A stretch of 64,000 nt of DNA from Eledone cirrhosa. Taxonomy: Eukaryota. The DNA is taken from positions 124,806,001-124,870,000 of the forward strand of contig OZ024745.1 of the NCBI GenBank assembly GCA_964016885.1. Reading direction: 5' to 3'. Within the stretch, counting starts at the first letter, position 1, and each line of letters opens with the position of its first letter. The notes beneath the pieces are model-generated. The model ran no database searches. It saw only the letters and a list, made by a program, of their open reading frames with translations, and was not told the DNA's origin. Below, one piece after another: positions 14,135-27,534 of this stretch. The position numbers and the translations under genes are program-made.

Positions 14135-14974
14135 GAAAAAATCCCTGCATAGTACCTTCTTTGAGAAAACTGAATTTAGAGATCCACAGACATGGAACTG
14201 GTTGAAAAGAGGAGACCTTAAAAAGGCTACAGAAGGAATGTTAATGGCTGCGCAGGAGCAGGCCCTCAAAACGAAGTGGTTGAAACACCACATTTACAAG
14301 GAGAAGGCTAGCCCACTGTGCAGGATCTGTGGAGAGAGAGAGGAGACTGTGGCTCACATTGTATCCGAGTGTAAACACCTAGCCCAGACTCACTATAAGG
14401 GCTGGAGACATGATGTGATGGGCAGGGTGATCCACTGGCACCTGTGCAAAGTAAACAATTTACCACATTCTGAGAAGTGGTTTGAGCATAAGCCAGAGGC
14501 GGTGATAGAAAACGATCAGGTGAAGGTGCTGTGGGATTTTAGGATACAGACGGACAAAAAACTGGAACACAATAGACCTGACCTGGTGGTTTTGGACAAA
14601 GAAAAAAGATCGTGCATGATTGTGGATGTGGCCTGCCCATTCGACACGAGAGTGCAAGAGAAGGAGAGGGAGAAAATTAACCGATACCAGGACTTAAAGT
14701 GGGAGGTAAAAAGGATTTGGAACTGCCATGAAGTCAAAGTGATCCCGATTGTCATAGGCGCACTAGGGACTATCTCAAAAAGTTTCCACGGATGGTTAAA
14801 GAAAATTGGCCCCTTCACGCTTTTTGGAACGCTTCAAAAGGCATGCTAGCTGGGAACAGCAAGAACCCTCCGATACGTCCTGAATATCTGAGGCTGCAGG
14901 TAGTGGCTTGATATTCATCTCAACAAACTTTCCAGTTAACTAACATCAATGATTGAGACTCAAAGAGTAATAAC

Positions 14975-15012
<38 letters not shown>
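14135..15012 (+). mobile_element. R4/Dong-clade non-LTR retrotransposon family A, 5'-truncated copy A1
   Basis: [14 protein letters not shown] zinc knuckle and RPD..D..K restriction-like endonuclease. Premature TAG at 14847. About 75-bp 3' UTR and (TAA)n tail. Confidence 0.9.
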
Positions 15013-15014
<2 letters not shown>

Positions 15015-17075
15015 GACCTATCACATGTCTGTCCGTAATGTGGAAACTGTTGACGAGCATTGTGTCTGAGGAAATCTACCATCACCTCCACACAAACAAC
15101 TTGTTACCGGACGAACAGAAAGGATGCCGAAAGAAGTCACGTGGTACAAAGGACCAGTTGCTTATTGATAAGATGGTAATGGGGAATTGCAGGAGGAGAC
15201 ACACTGATCTTGCCATGGGATGGATAGACTACAGAAAGGCATTTGACATGGTGCCTCATTCTTGGATCACCAAAAGCCTGGAGATCTTCAGGGTGGCAGA
15301 TAACACCAGACAGTTGCTAGGCAGGTGTATGGGGTCCTGGGAGACAGAGTTGACATCAACTGGAGTATCCTTGGGAAGCGTGAAGATCAAGAGAGGTATC
15401 TTCCAGGGAGATAGCCTGTCCCCTCTGTTGTTTGTCCTTGCCCTGATGCCCTTGACCATTATGCTGCGAAAAGTGAGAGCAGGATGCAAGTTGGGAAGAG
15501 GAGAGCTTACCATCAATCACCTCCTCTTCATGGACGATCTTAAGCTCTTCGGGAAAAGTGAGAAAGAGTTGGATGTGCTTGTTGACACTGTCCGTATTTT
15601 CAGCAGTGATATATGTATGCAGTTTGGTATTGGTAAATGTGGAGTCATTGTGATGAGGAGGGGTAGGTTGAGCAGAAGTAACGGGATCCAGATACCAACA
15701 GGTGAGATGATAAAGGAAATTGACTCTGAGGAAGGATACAAGTATTTCGGCGTTCTGGAGGCTGATGGCATAAAGAACAAAAAAATGAAGGAATTGTTAA
15801 GAACTGAATACATTCGCAGAGTAAGGAGCGTATTGAAGTCACATCTGAACAGCAGAAATGCCATAAGCGCAGTAAATTCCCGAGCTGTGTCTATTATTAG
15901 GTACAGTGCGGGAATTCTGAGATGGAATGTTGCTGAACAAAAAGAAATGGATAGGAAGACTAGGAAGCTATTGACTATCTACAACATGTTCCACAAGAGG
16001 AGTGATGTCGATAGACTCTACCTAAGGAGATCTGAGGGTGGAAGAGGTCTTATCAGCATAGAGGACTGTGTTCAGATGGAGAAAAACAACCTATACAAAT
16101 ACCTGACCTATAGTAAGGAGCCAATGCTCAGAACTGTACTGAAGGAGGGGACAGTAGGCCAGGGGATGTCCAAGGAGGAAATAACATCAAGGAGGAAGAG
16201 CAGCCTTAAGGGAAAATCCCTTCATAGTACCTTCTTTGAGAAAACTGAATTTAGAGATCCACAGACATGGAACTGGTTGAGAAGAGGAGACCTCAAAAAG
16301 GCTACAGAAGGAATGCTAATGGCTGCGCAGGAGCAGGCCCTCAAAACGAAGTGGTTGAAGCACCATATTTACAAGGAGGAGGCTAGCCCACTGTGCACGA
16401 TCTGTGGAGAGAGAGAGGAGACTGTGGCTCACATTGTGTCCGAGTGTAAACACCTAGCCCAGACCCACTATAAGGGCTGGAGACACGATGTGATGGGCAG
16501 GGTGATCCACTGGCACCTGTGCAAAGTAAACAATTTACCACATTCTGAGAAATGGTATGAGCATAGGCCAGAGGCGGTGATGGAGAACAATCAGGTGAAG
16601 GTGCTGTGGGATTTTAGGATACAGACGGACAAAAAACTGGAACACAATAGACCTGACCTGGTGGTTGTGGACAAAGAAAAAAGATCGTGTCTGATTGTGG
16701 ATGTGGCCTGCCCGTTCGACACGAGAGTGCAAGAGAAGGAGAGGGAGAAAATTAACCGATACCAGGACCTAAAGTGGGAGGTGAAAAGGATTTGGAACTG
16801 CCATGAAGTCAAAGTGATCCCGATTGTCATAGGCGCACTGGGGACTATCTCCAAAAGTTTCCAGGGATGGTTAAAGAAAATCGGCCCCTTCACGCTTTTT
16901 GGAACGCTTCAAAAGGCATGCTTGCTTGGAACAGCAAGAACCCTCCGATACGTCCTGAATATCTGAGGCTGCAGGTAGTGGCTTGATATTCAATCCAACG
17001 GACTTTCCAGTTAACCAACATCAATGACTGAGATTCAAGGAATAACAACAACAATAATAATAATAATAATAATAA
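15013..17075 (+). mobile_element. R4/Dong family A copy A2 (5'-truncated, young)
   Basis: Starts at RPITCL directly after the A1 tail. Ends in the same 3' UTR plus (TAA)n. Confidence 0.92.
15038..16966 (+). CDS. Reverse transcriptase-CCHC-restriction-like endonuclease ORF (N-terminally truncated)
   Basis: Uninterrupted 642 aa: [45 protein letters not shown]. Confidence 0.9.
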   Translation: MWKLLTSIVSEEIYHHLHTNNLLPDEQKGCRKKSRGTKDQLLIDKMVMGNCRRRHTDLAMGWIDYRKAFDMVPHSWITKSLEIFRVADNTRQLLGRCMGSWETELTSTGVSLGSVKIKRGIFQGDSLSPLLFVLALMPLTIMLRKVRAGCKLGRGELTINHLLFMDDLKLFGKSEKELDVLVDTVRIFSSDICMQFGIGKCGVIVMRRGRLSRSNGIQIPTGEMIKEIDSEEGYKYFGVLEADGIKNKKMKELLRTEYIRRVRSVLKSHLNSRNAISAVNSRAVSIIRYSAGILRWNVAEQKEMDRKTRKLLTIYNMFHKRSDVDRLYLRRSEGGRGLISIEDCVQMEKNNLYKYLTYSKEPMLRTVLKEGTVGQGMSKEEITSRRKSSLKGKSLHSTFFEKTEFRDPQTWNWLRRGDLKKATEGMLMAAQEQALKTKWLKHHIYKEEASPLCTICGEREETVAHIVSECKHLAQTHYKGWRHDVMGRVIHWHLCKVNNLPHSEKWYEHRPEAVMENNQVKVLWDFRIQTDKKLEHNRPDLVVVDKEKRSCLIVDVACPFDTRVQEKEREKINRYQDLKWEVKRIWNCHEVKVIPIVIGALGTISKSFQGWLKKIGPFTLFGTLQKACLLGTARTLRYVLNI

Positions 17076-17100
17076 TTTTTTTTTTTTTTTGGGGGGGGGG

Positions 17101-20100
17101 GTTACCTGTTGTTTGTTTGTTTATTTACGTTCGTCTACAGCGTGATAGTGCCACACTAAAATCACCGGGGGTGATGAAATCACCGGTGGTTATGTAACCA
17201 TACATTCACCAATTCTCGATAAGAGTGTTTAAATGTCGAACCTAAACAGTTCGAATAACGGTGAAGTGGAGACTGGAATGTCATGTGACAGACTCTCACC
17301 CAGAAAGTGCCCCCTGGCCCAGCAGCAGGGACCTGGCTGTCATCCAAATACTGCTGGTGTTGGAGTAAGTAGAAGAAGGAAAGGGTCAAGAACCAACTGG
17401 ACGAAAGAATTGAATAGAACTGTTATGCAATGTTACCGGAAAAGTAACCCCAAGGAGAAAGGTTATAGGAAACGTATGCATAACATCTGGAACGAGATTG
17501 GTCTATTGAAATTAGATGTATAAAAATTGGCTGGGTAGGCTCGGGTAATAAGAACTAATGGGTGGATAAGCGAGCTGGAACTGGAGGAACTGAACAGAGA
17601 GATTAGGTTGGAAATGGAGAGTGGAGTATGCCAGGCAAACGAGACAGTGGGAAACGAAGGTGAAGAGGTTGAGAGAACGGAGGAACCATCCGAAGCAGAC
17701 AATGATCTGAATGCTGAAATAAATAATACCTGGAACAAAGATACAGCCATTGAGGAGATGAATGCTGACGGGTTAGGACAAGATTTGGTTGATATCCTAA
17801 ACTTAGTGGCAGATGAATTGAACAATGATAGCGAGAAACCTATGAAGCTAAGATTTGTAGATAGGAAAAAGTTAAAAGAAACAACAGCTAAGGTAAACAA
17901 AGTCATCCCATACCTTGAGGCGAGGAGCCTTCACCAGTTCAAAAATATCCCCAAAGCAACCGCAAATGCGGTGAGGAAATTACTTGGCATAAAAGCGAGA
18001 GGAAACAACAAACAAGAAAGATCAGAACCTTGGTGGAAGAAACGACTGAATGGTCAAATCAGGGTAATTAGAAATGACATTGGAAAGCTTGAGTCCCTAC
18101 TGAATGGGAAACTAAAAAACATAGACACTAAAAATAGACTGGAGATAAAGTACAAAACTAGGAGGAAAAAGCTAAATATTATCATAGAGAATCTGAAGCA
18201 ATGCATTGTAGCAAAGAGTGCAAAAATTAGGCGATACGAGAGCAGAGTCAGTCAGTATAGACAGAACCGCATGTTTGACAATAACCAGAAGATGTTGTTT
18301 GGACAGCTTGAAGGGAAAGAAAGAGGTAACGACTTGATCCCTGAGGCGGAACAAACTAAGACATTCTGGAGAGGAATATGGGATGTTAAACATAATGACC
18401 AGGCAGTGTGGATTGAGACAGTACAAAAGGAGATTAGTGAACAGGCACACCAACACACTGATTTGAGTATCACAGTTGAAACTCTTAAGGGGCAGGCCAA
18501 GAAACTAACCAACTGGAAATCACCAGGCCCAGATGGTGTGCAGGGGCGTTGGATTAAAAATATAACATCCCTCCACCCGAAACTGACAACCATGTTCAAT
18601 GACTGCTTGATGTCAGGTGAGGTACCAGAGTGGTTGACAAGAGGTACCACAGTTCTGGTAATGAAAGACCGAATCAATGGTAATGATGTTACCAACTATA
18701 GACCTATCACATGTCTGTCCGTAATGTGGAAACTGTTGACAAGCATTATGTCCGAGGAAATCTACCATCACCTCCACAGAAACAACTTGTTACCGGACGA
18801 ACAGAAAGGATGCCGAAAGAAGTCCCGTGGTACAAAGGACCAGTTACTTATTGATAAGATGGTAGTGAGGAATTGCAAGAGGAGACACACTGGTCTTGTC
18901 ATGGGATGGATAGACTACAAAAAGGCATTTGACATGGTGCCTCATTCTTGGATCACCAAAAGCCTGGAGATCTTCAAGGTGGCAGATAACATCAGACAGT
19001 TGTTGGGCAAAAGTATGAAGTCCTGGAAAACAGAGTTAACAGAGTTAACATCAGCTGGAGAATCCTTGGGAGGCGTGAAGATCATGAGAGGTATCTTCCA
19101 GGGAGATAGTCTGACCCCTTTGTTGCTTTCCTTGCTCTGATGCCCCTGACCATTATACTGCGAAAAGTGAGAGCAGGATACAATTTGGGAAAGGGAGAGC
19201 TTACCATCAATCATCTCCTCTTCATGGACGATCTTAAGCTCTTTGGGAAGAGTGAGAAGGAGTTGGATGTGCTTGTTGACACTGTCCGTATTTTCAGCAA
19301 TGATATATGTATGCAATTTGGTATTAGTAAGTGTGGAGTCCTTGTGATGAAGAGAGGTAAATTGAGCAGAAGCAACGGAATCCAGGTACCAACAGGTGAC
19401 ATGATAAAGGAAATTGACACTGAAGTGTCAATTTCAAATATTTAGGTGTTCTGGAGGCTGATGACATCAAGAACAAAAAGAAATGAAGGAATTGATAAGA
19501 TCTGAATACATTCGGAGAGTAAGGAGCGTATTAAAATCACATCTGAACAATAGGAATGCCATACGTGCAGTAAATTCCCCAGCTGTGTCTATTATTAGGT
19601 ACAGTGCGGTAATTCTGAAATGGAATGTTGCTGAACAAAAGAAAATGGATAGGTTGACTAGGAAGCTATTGACTAAGGTGCAAGAGGTCTTATCAGCATA
19701 GAGGACTGTGTTCAGATGGAGAAAAACAACCTACACAAATACGTGACTGATAGTAGGGAGCCAATGCTCAGAATTGTACTGAAGGAGAGGAAAATAGTCC
19801 AAGGGATGTCCAAGGAGGAAAAAACAACAAGGAGAAAGAGCAGCCTTCATGAAAAATCCCTTTATAGTACCTTCTTTGAGAAAACTGAATTCAGAGATCC
19901 ACAGACATGGAATTGGTTGAAAAGAGGAGACCTTAAAAAGGCTACAGAAGGAATGTGAATGGCTGCGCAAGAGCAGGCCCTCAAAACGAAGTGGCTGAAA
20001 CACCATCTTGACAAGGAGGAGGCTATCCCACTGTGTAGGATCTGTGGAGAGAGAGAGGAGACTGTGGCTCACATTGTATCCGAGTGTAAACACCTATCCC

Positions 20101-20238
20101 AGACTCACTATAAAGGCTGGAGACATGATGTGATAGGCAGTGTGATCTACTGGCATCTATGCAAAGTAAACAATTTACTACATTCCTAGAAGTGGCATGA
20201 GCATAAGCCAGAGTCGGTGATGGAAAACGATCAGGTAA
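17101..20238 (+). mobile_element. R4/Dong family A copy A3: near full-length 5' end, pseudogenised, 3'-truncated
   Basis: ATG at 17233, N-terminal WTKELN..VMQCY..SNP...GYRKRM..IW motif, PWWKKRL, KSPGPDG, and an RT with stops and frameshifts. Deletion near 19676. Breaks off at 20238. Confidence 0.88.
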
Positions 20239-22984
20239 TACAGGTAATACAAGTAAAATAATGATCCACCAACTTTCCGTGGGCTTGAATATGCCATTAA
20301 GCGCTGCATAAAAAATGTAATACCTGTTAAATAAAACCTGAAAGTCAGAGATGACGATTAGGATTCTTGCAGCATATAGAAGCATCAATGAATTTTGGCT
20401 TCCATACACTGAAAATTATGACAGCATTATGATCTGGAAATGTATGGCAAGAATATATACTAGAAAATGTCTAGTATACAAAGCGACAATATTTTAGGAA
20501 ATGCTTTCATATTTCATAATAAGCTTTTAATACAACAGAAAGTATGAACCAAAGGCATAAGGCTGCAGCTAGCCAAGGCACACTGGCATGTGCTTGGTTT
20601 TGCAGAGAAAGTATGCAATGGTATTAAAACTTGTGAATAATAAGAAAACTCAAAACGACGTCTCAGAATAAATATAATAGTAAGAAAGACAAGAACGCAA
20701 CATCCAAAACAGCAACAATAATATATTAACGATGTGGGCCTGCGCATACAGTAGACATTATAAACTTACGGCTTATTATACACCTAGTATAAACATTTTA
20801 ACCATTCTATAACAAAACATAAGAAATTTGCTTTGTCACACAATACAAATGAAATCTTTCGGCATAAGGTATAAAGAGGAATGGGTATCTTGAATTTGAT
20901 CAATAAAATATACTAACATTTAGTCGTATTCTCTCGGTAAATTAATAAACAGATAAAGAAAAAAATAAGTTAATGTAACATAGAATCCCATTAAATTTAT
21001 AATCTAAATAAAGTATCTGATTTAATGGCCATGTCCTGCAAATGATATAGGAAAGATATATGTTTTCAGAAGAAGAATATGCTACTATTTGACATACATA
21101 TTTTATCGCTGCACTATATATGAGTTCTAAAAATCTACATATAATATCTGACGAAAAAATAAGTAAATGTAAATTTGTGATCCCAAAGGACTAGGTAATG
21201 TAAGAATTTATGTAGAATGAATAACGAAACAACACCATATCAAAGATTATCAGCCCTATAGAATACTGACAATAAAAGCCGAAATAGAAGACCAGAAATA
21301 AAAACACGACTATAATAAAATGTGAGAAGTATTAAAGGATATAAACATGAACAGAAATATAGAAATATTCAACATGCAAATGATCTAAAGGCAAAAATAT
21401 TTGAATAATTGAAATCAATAGCAGTTATTTCTATGGAACAACGATGTATCCTCACAGAGTTAAAAAAACGAGGATAGAATAACAAATGATATCATGAAGA
21501 GAAAATAAATAAATATATACTCCAACTTAAAGGTAAAACCTTCTAATGTTTAATGATAACAATAAATACAAGAAACAATCATGATTGAAAATGATAAAGC
21601 AATACGGCAGATATATAATAGCAATGAAATAAAAGAAAATTCTTAAATCACAGAGTGCCTCAGATCCTTGCTATATTACAAAGAGTCCACCGTTAAGATA
21701 AGGCGAACATTATTAAGGAAACGAAACAAAGTATTCCTTTTCGCCCCAGTTTGCATTTTTTAGTAACCAGGGTAAATGAAATAAAAGTATATTCAACGGA
21801 AAGGCTACAATAAGAATAATAATGATGGGGTGTATGGACAGACATGAGGCCGACGAAGAGGAGAATATCCAAAAACAAGTGAAACATTCAACCAAACATA
21901 AGATTTCATATAATTTTAAAATGCAGACTAGATGCTACAAAAGATTGAGCAATTAGAATACACCAGAAGCAAAATAGCCTCTATTGAAAATGCAGGACAG
22001 TTGAATATCATTGGTGAAAAACACCTCTAAATCTCAATACATAAGAAATAACAAGCCACAAAATATGTAGCCTCATGACATCCGTGTATACATCATTCAA
22101 TGCTTTAACTCCTATGATATCACAGATGATAAATAACACACCGGGTTCACACGACTAATGCCCAGAGGATATAAGGGATTTTGTAAATTCTCATGTGAAT
22201 GTAAATATCTATTACTGATCACAAATGACATAACCCCAGACAAGGTTTGAATGTCGCTTGAATTGATTTGCTAGAAGAATTTGACAATAGCGCAATTACA
22301 AGGTTGAGTAGTTCAGAAATAGTAGCCATTATTAAAAAACATTTACATCAAACATATCATGAGTAGTGGCGAATTCTGCTACATATATAAATAAAAGTGT
22401 TAATTTATAAAACCATGTCCCGTTCTTTTAAGATTAGAAATGTTCTACGGAGACACAGTATCTTCATTCTTTAACAGCCTGAAGATACATCCTTTATCTA
22501 AAATGTTAAATGTGACTGGACTGCAATCAAATTGTATGTAGCTACAATAAAACATCCTTTAAAATAGCTTCATATTGCTCAATGTCGTCAAAATATATCT
22601 GGTATAGTACACGGATAGCTTGAACATTATATTTGAAATTCGGTTTGGAAAATTGCTCCAAGGTAATTATATATAAAGGGGAAATTATTTATAATATATT
22701 AGCTAGGTAGAGAAGTATATGATGATTCGATCAAACACATAAACACAGATGAACTATTGAAATTGATAACGTAGAACACACAAATGGAATATGATATACC
22801 TATGCATATATCTATGGATATATCTCCTTCACAGAATAGCTCTTTAGAGTCCCTGAACTTCGCAATCACTTAAATCAGTAACAACATATGCATCGTTTGA
22901 GTTACACGAGGATCACGGGAGAAACTTTGTGCTGATTGAGGACTAGACTAAGAAGAATACATCAATTGCCAATATAAAATATGT

Positions 22985-23084
22985 GTTACTAGTGCCTTCT
23001 TGGATATTACCTGGCGTATTGTTTTCTCCTTCAGTAAGACATTGAGCATTGGCTCCCTACTCGCAGACATATTTGTGGATACTT
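22985..23084 (-). mobile_element. Old degenerate Dong family A fragment
   Basis: Aligns to 39325-39425 (TCTCCTTCAGTA..GAGCATTGGCTCCCTACT). Confidence 0.55.
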
Positions 23085-23111
23085 ATTATTATCATTATTA
23101 TTATTATTATT

Positions 23112-23308
23112 ACAGTTGCATTTATCTTGCTTTATGTTCATACGAGTTATCACCAAGTCACAACCAGTGACCTCAAGAGACAACAAGGTCCGCCATGTTC
23201 AAGAAAGAACATACATATTCACACATGCATCTTTAGTGTTTAGACTTGTGATGTACTTATATTGACAGAATCTTCCTTAGTATATGGGCAGTTCCCATTA
23301 GTACTATC

Positions 23309-23312
<4 letters not shown>
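23112..23312 (-). mobile_element. R4/Dong family B, short 3' fragment
   Basis: Near-identical to 24314-24514 (IVLMGTAHILRKILSI* plus 3' UTR), with a (TAA)n tail. Confidence 0.85.
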
Positions 23313-23340
<28 letters not shown>

Positions 23341-23352
23341 GTTATTGTTATT

Positions 23353-24216
23353 CCTTGAATCTCAGTCATTGATGTTGGTTAACTGGAAAGTCCGTTGGAT
23401 TGAATATCAAGCCACTACCTGCAGCCTCAGATATTCAGGACGTATCGGAGGGTTCTTGCCGTTCCAAGCAAGCATGCCTTTTGAAGCGTTCCAAAAAGCG
23501 TGAAGGGGCCGATTTTCTTTAACCATCCCTGGAAACCTTTGGAGATAGTCCCCAGTGCGCCTATGACAATCGGGATCACTTTGACTTCATGGCAGTTCCA
23601 AATCCTTTTCACCTCCCACTTTAGGTCCTGGTATCGGTTAATTTTCTCCCTCTCCTTCTCTTGCACTCTCGTGTCGAACGGGCAGGCCACATCCACAATC
23701 AGGCACGATCTTTTTTCTTTGTCCACAACCACCAGGTCAGGTCTATTGTGTTCCAGTTTTTTGTCCGTCTGTATCCTAAAATCCCACAGCACCTTCACCT
23801 GATTGTTCTCCATCACCGCCTCTGGCCTATGCTCATACCATTTCTCAGAATGTGGTAGATTGTTTACTTTGCACAGGTGCCAGTGGATCACCCTGCCCAT
23901 CACATCGTGTCTCCAGCCCTTATAGTGGGTCTGGGCTAGGTGTTTACACTCGGACACAATGTGAGCCACAGTCTCCTCTCTCTCTCCACAGATCCTGCAC
24001 AGTGGGCTAGCCTCCTCCTTGTAGATATGGTGCTTCAACCACTTCGTTTTGAGGGCCTGCTCCTGCGCAGCCATTAGCATTCCTTCTGTAGCCTTTTTGA
24101 GGTCTCCTCTTCTCAACCAGTTCCATGTCTGTGGATCTCTAAATTCAGTTTTCTCAAAGAAGGTACTATGAAGGGATTTTCCCTTAAGGCTGCTCTTCCT
24201 CCTTGATGTTATTTCC

Positions 24217-24217
<1 letters not shown>
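23353..24217 (-). mobile_element. R4/Dong family A copy A4 (5'-truncated, young)
   Basis: ORF 23427-24116 differs from the A2 C-terminus at only 2 residues. (TAA)n on both sides. Confidence 0.92.
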
Positions 24218-24313
<96 letters not shown>

Positions 24314-24315
<2 letters not shown>

Positions 24316-27300
24316 AGTTGCATTTATCTTGCTTTATGTTCATACGAGTTATCACCAAGTCACAACCAGTGACCTCATGAGACAACAAGGTCCACCATGT
24401 TCAAGAAAGAACATACATACACACACATGCATCTTTAAGTGTTTAGACTTGTGATGTACTTATATTGACAGAATCTTCCTTAGTATATGGGCAGTTCCCA
24501 TTAGCACTATCTTTTGTATTTCTCCTATACGCGGGTTTCCTGGGATTTGCGATAAGTAATCATTAGACTCCTTAGGTATCATTCCTAGAACGCCTACAAC
24601 CACTGGTATTGTTTTAATTCTCAATTTCCACAGTTTTCCAATTTCTATCTCCAAGCCCTTATACTTGCTCAATTTTTCAAATGTTTTTATAGATGCATTC
24701 TTGTCTATTGGAACGGACATATCAATTAGCAGAGATACCCTCTTTTTAAAGTCCTTCAGTATTATATCAGGTCTATTTGCGTCTATTTTTCGGTCTGTTT
24801 GGATGCTAAAGTTCCACAAGATTGAGATGTGATCTTTTTCAAGTATGGGAGGTGGTTGATGCTCCCACCAATTCTTTTGATGGGGCAGGTCAAAATGCTT
24901 ACACATTATCCAATGTATGTATTGTGCAGCTCTGTCATGCCTGTTTAGGTATTCGGTTAAAGCTATAGGAATGCACATTGAAATTATATGATCAATGGTC
25001 TCTGGTTGTTTTTTACATACACGGCATAATGGGTTGCATCATTTTTTTATTATGTTGGCTTGGTAATTTTTTGTTGGCAGACACTGATCTTGTGCTGATA
25101 TAATCAGTCCTTCAGTCTCCGATTTCAGTCCAGAGGATGCCAATCACTGATGGGTTAAAATTTCGTCAACATCAGGATTGTTAGCTCTTTCTGGGTATTT
25201 TCAATACAGAGGCTTTTCTTGCCATTTCTTAGGCAGTTTCTGTAGCAGTTCTTTCTTTGCAGTTACATTTACCTGCTTTGCGTTTTCTGTGTTTTCCATT
25301 TCAGCAGTAAATGGGACTTCTGAAATTTGGAGTCCATTACTTTATCTTTGTGCAACTTTTGTAATGGAGTATGATCTGTTGATGCTTTCGTGTTTCAAAA
25401 CGAGTTTGATCATCCAATCATGTGTTTCCCTTAGATATGTAGATAATCCAATTGTTGTAGTTTTCAACGCAATATCTAACTGGATTAACCCACGTCCTCC
25501 TTCTTTCCTAGGGAGATATATTCTATATATATCTGCCTTAGAGTGATGCATTCTGTGCATGGTTAAACATTTTCTAATTTTTGTATCGAGCCTACGGATC
25601 TCTGTGCTTGATCAGTTGATGACATTGTAACTGTAGGTTACTACTGGTATGGCAAGCGTGTTTATGGCATCGATCCTATTCCTTGCATTCAATTCCGTTC
25701 TTAAGATTGCTCTTACTCTGCGGTAACATTCCTTCCTTATCCTTTCCCTCATTGTCGAGTGCTTGATTCCGTCTCCTTCACAAACACGTAGATATTTGTA
25801 ATTTCCTCTTGATCAAGTTCTCTTATCACATTCCCCGGATCAAGATTAATGTCTGAAATTTTCAGCAGCTTCCCTCTGATGAACGTTGCTTTGGTGCATT
25901 TATCTAGTCCAAACTCTGTAACAACTGGAACTGCCAAGGGATTTATAGCTAACACTTTCTTATGAGTATTTAGTTTTGATCTCAGAACCACACGTAATCT
26001 CCTGTAACATTCCTTCCTAATCTTCTCTGTCATACTTGCATGCTGAATGATAGGGCCCTCCTTAATCCCTAAGTATTTATAGGTTTGTTCCTGCTCAATT
26101 CCCTTTATGACTGTTTCAGCATCTAATTTAACTGAGTTTGAGTTGACAAGCTTCCCCTTCTTGAAAGTGGTTTTGGCACATTTATCAAGTTCAAACTCCA
26201 TCTTGATGTCGCCACTAAATGTTTTTACTGTCCACAAACAGCCTTCCAGCTCGTCATTGTCTTTGCAATATAGTTTTAAATCATCCATATAAGATAGGTG
26301 GCTTATTTTCTTGTCAATTTTGTAACCGTACACTGTTCTGTTAATTCCGATGTATGGTATTAAAGCTGTGCTATAAAATAATGGAGAAAGTGAGTCACCT
26401 TGGAAAATGCCAAAGTTGATGTTGAGATTCTTAGAACTTAGTACTCCATTGGAATGAAATCATTGGAGATTTGTGTTCCACAATGACATATTGTGTTTCA
26501 GGAAGTTTCAAATCTCAGGTGAGGTTTTGAAGAGGTCCAGTGATTCCAGAATCGATGAGTACGGTATGCTGTCAAAAGTTTTTTTTGTATTCAATCCATT
26601 CAGAACTGAGATTTCTGCGTTTATTATGACAGTTCTCAAGGATCATACGATTAATCAAGAGTTGATCTTTACAAACATATGAACCTCGTCGACACCCTTT
26701 TTGTTCAATAAGTAAAAGATTGTTCTCCTCCATAAACAGGTATGCTTTCTCTACGAGAATAGAAGTTAATAGCTTATAAGTGGTGGACAAGCATGTTATG
26801 GGTCGATAGTTCTTTTATCCTTAGTTTCATTGTTCTTTGGGAGAAGGTAGGTATTGCCACTTGCTATCCAGTCAGGTGTATTTTTTGCATCTTTTATAAT
26901 TTCATTGAAGAGTTTGACTAATATATTGTGATTGCACGGGAATGAGGACAGCCAGAAATTTGTCATCCTGTCTCTACCAGGAGATTTCCACCTGTAAGCT
27001 ATATCGAGTACCATCCTTAAGTCGGCTATAGATATGTCTTCCCATGCCTTTTCTCGTAAATTTGTGTAGGATTTTTCCAAGCGACCAATGCAATCTACAT
27101 TAGCATTATATGACTTCTCATAATTCCAAATCTTTCCCCAACCGTTTTCAACTTTTTCTATGGAAGGAGGGTCTTCAATAATTATTTTCTACTTCTTTAT
27201 TTTTCTTTAAAATGACTTGGCATTGGATGAGGACAACTTTTTTTGCCTGTAGAAGTTGTTTCGCTCCTCGAATCTACGAATTTGTTGGGCTTTTACTTGG

Positions 27301-27534
27301 ACTTTTTGTTTCAGAGTTTCCATCGTTGGTATTAGTAATTCTCTAGATGAATATCTATATTTACTCTTTAGCTTTCTTCCCGTCCTGGAACTTACATCAG
27401 TTCCAGTAATTAACTCATTCGCTAAATATATTTCCCCTCTCATTATGTCAATCACTTGTTCAATTCTACTCCTCCAAATTGGTTTACTTCTCAAGCTAGA
27501 CTTTCTTTGTTCTTTTGATGGTAAAAAGGTTTAG
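24314..27534 (-). mobile_element. R4/Dong family B, decayed and chimeric
   Basis: PIWRSRIE, WKSPGRD, EQKG, YMDD, GGRGL, RHDRAA, NRPD..IDMSVP in broken frames, with a (TAA)n tail. Confidence 0.88.

Noticed and set aside
15256-19420. Antisense ORFs within the Dong copies
   Set aside because: Shadow frames of the RT coding strand.
20300-22100. Possible ancient LINE (IIKETKQSIPFRPSL resembling the GVKQG..SP motif)
   Set aside because: Too degenerate to support by eye.
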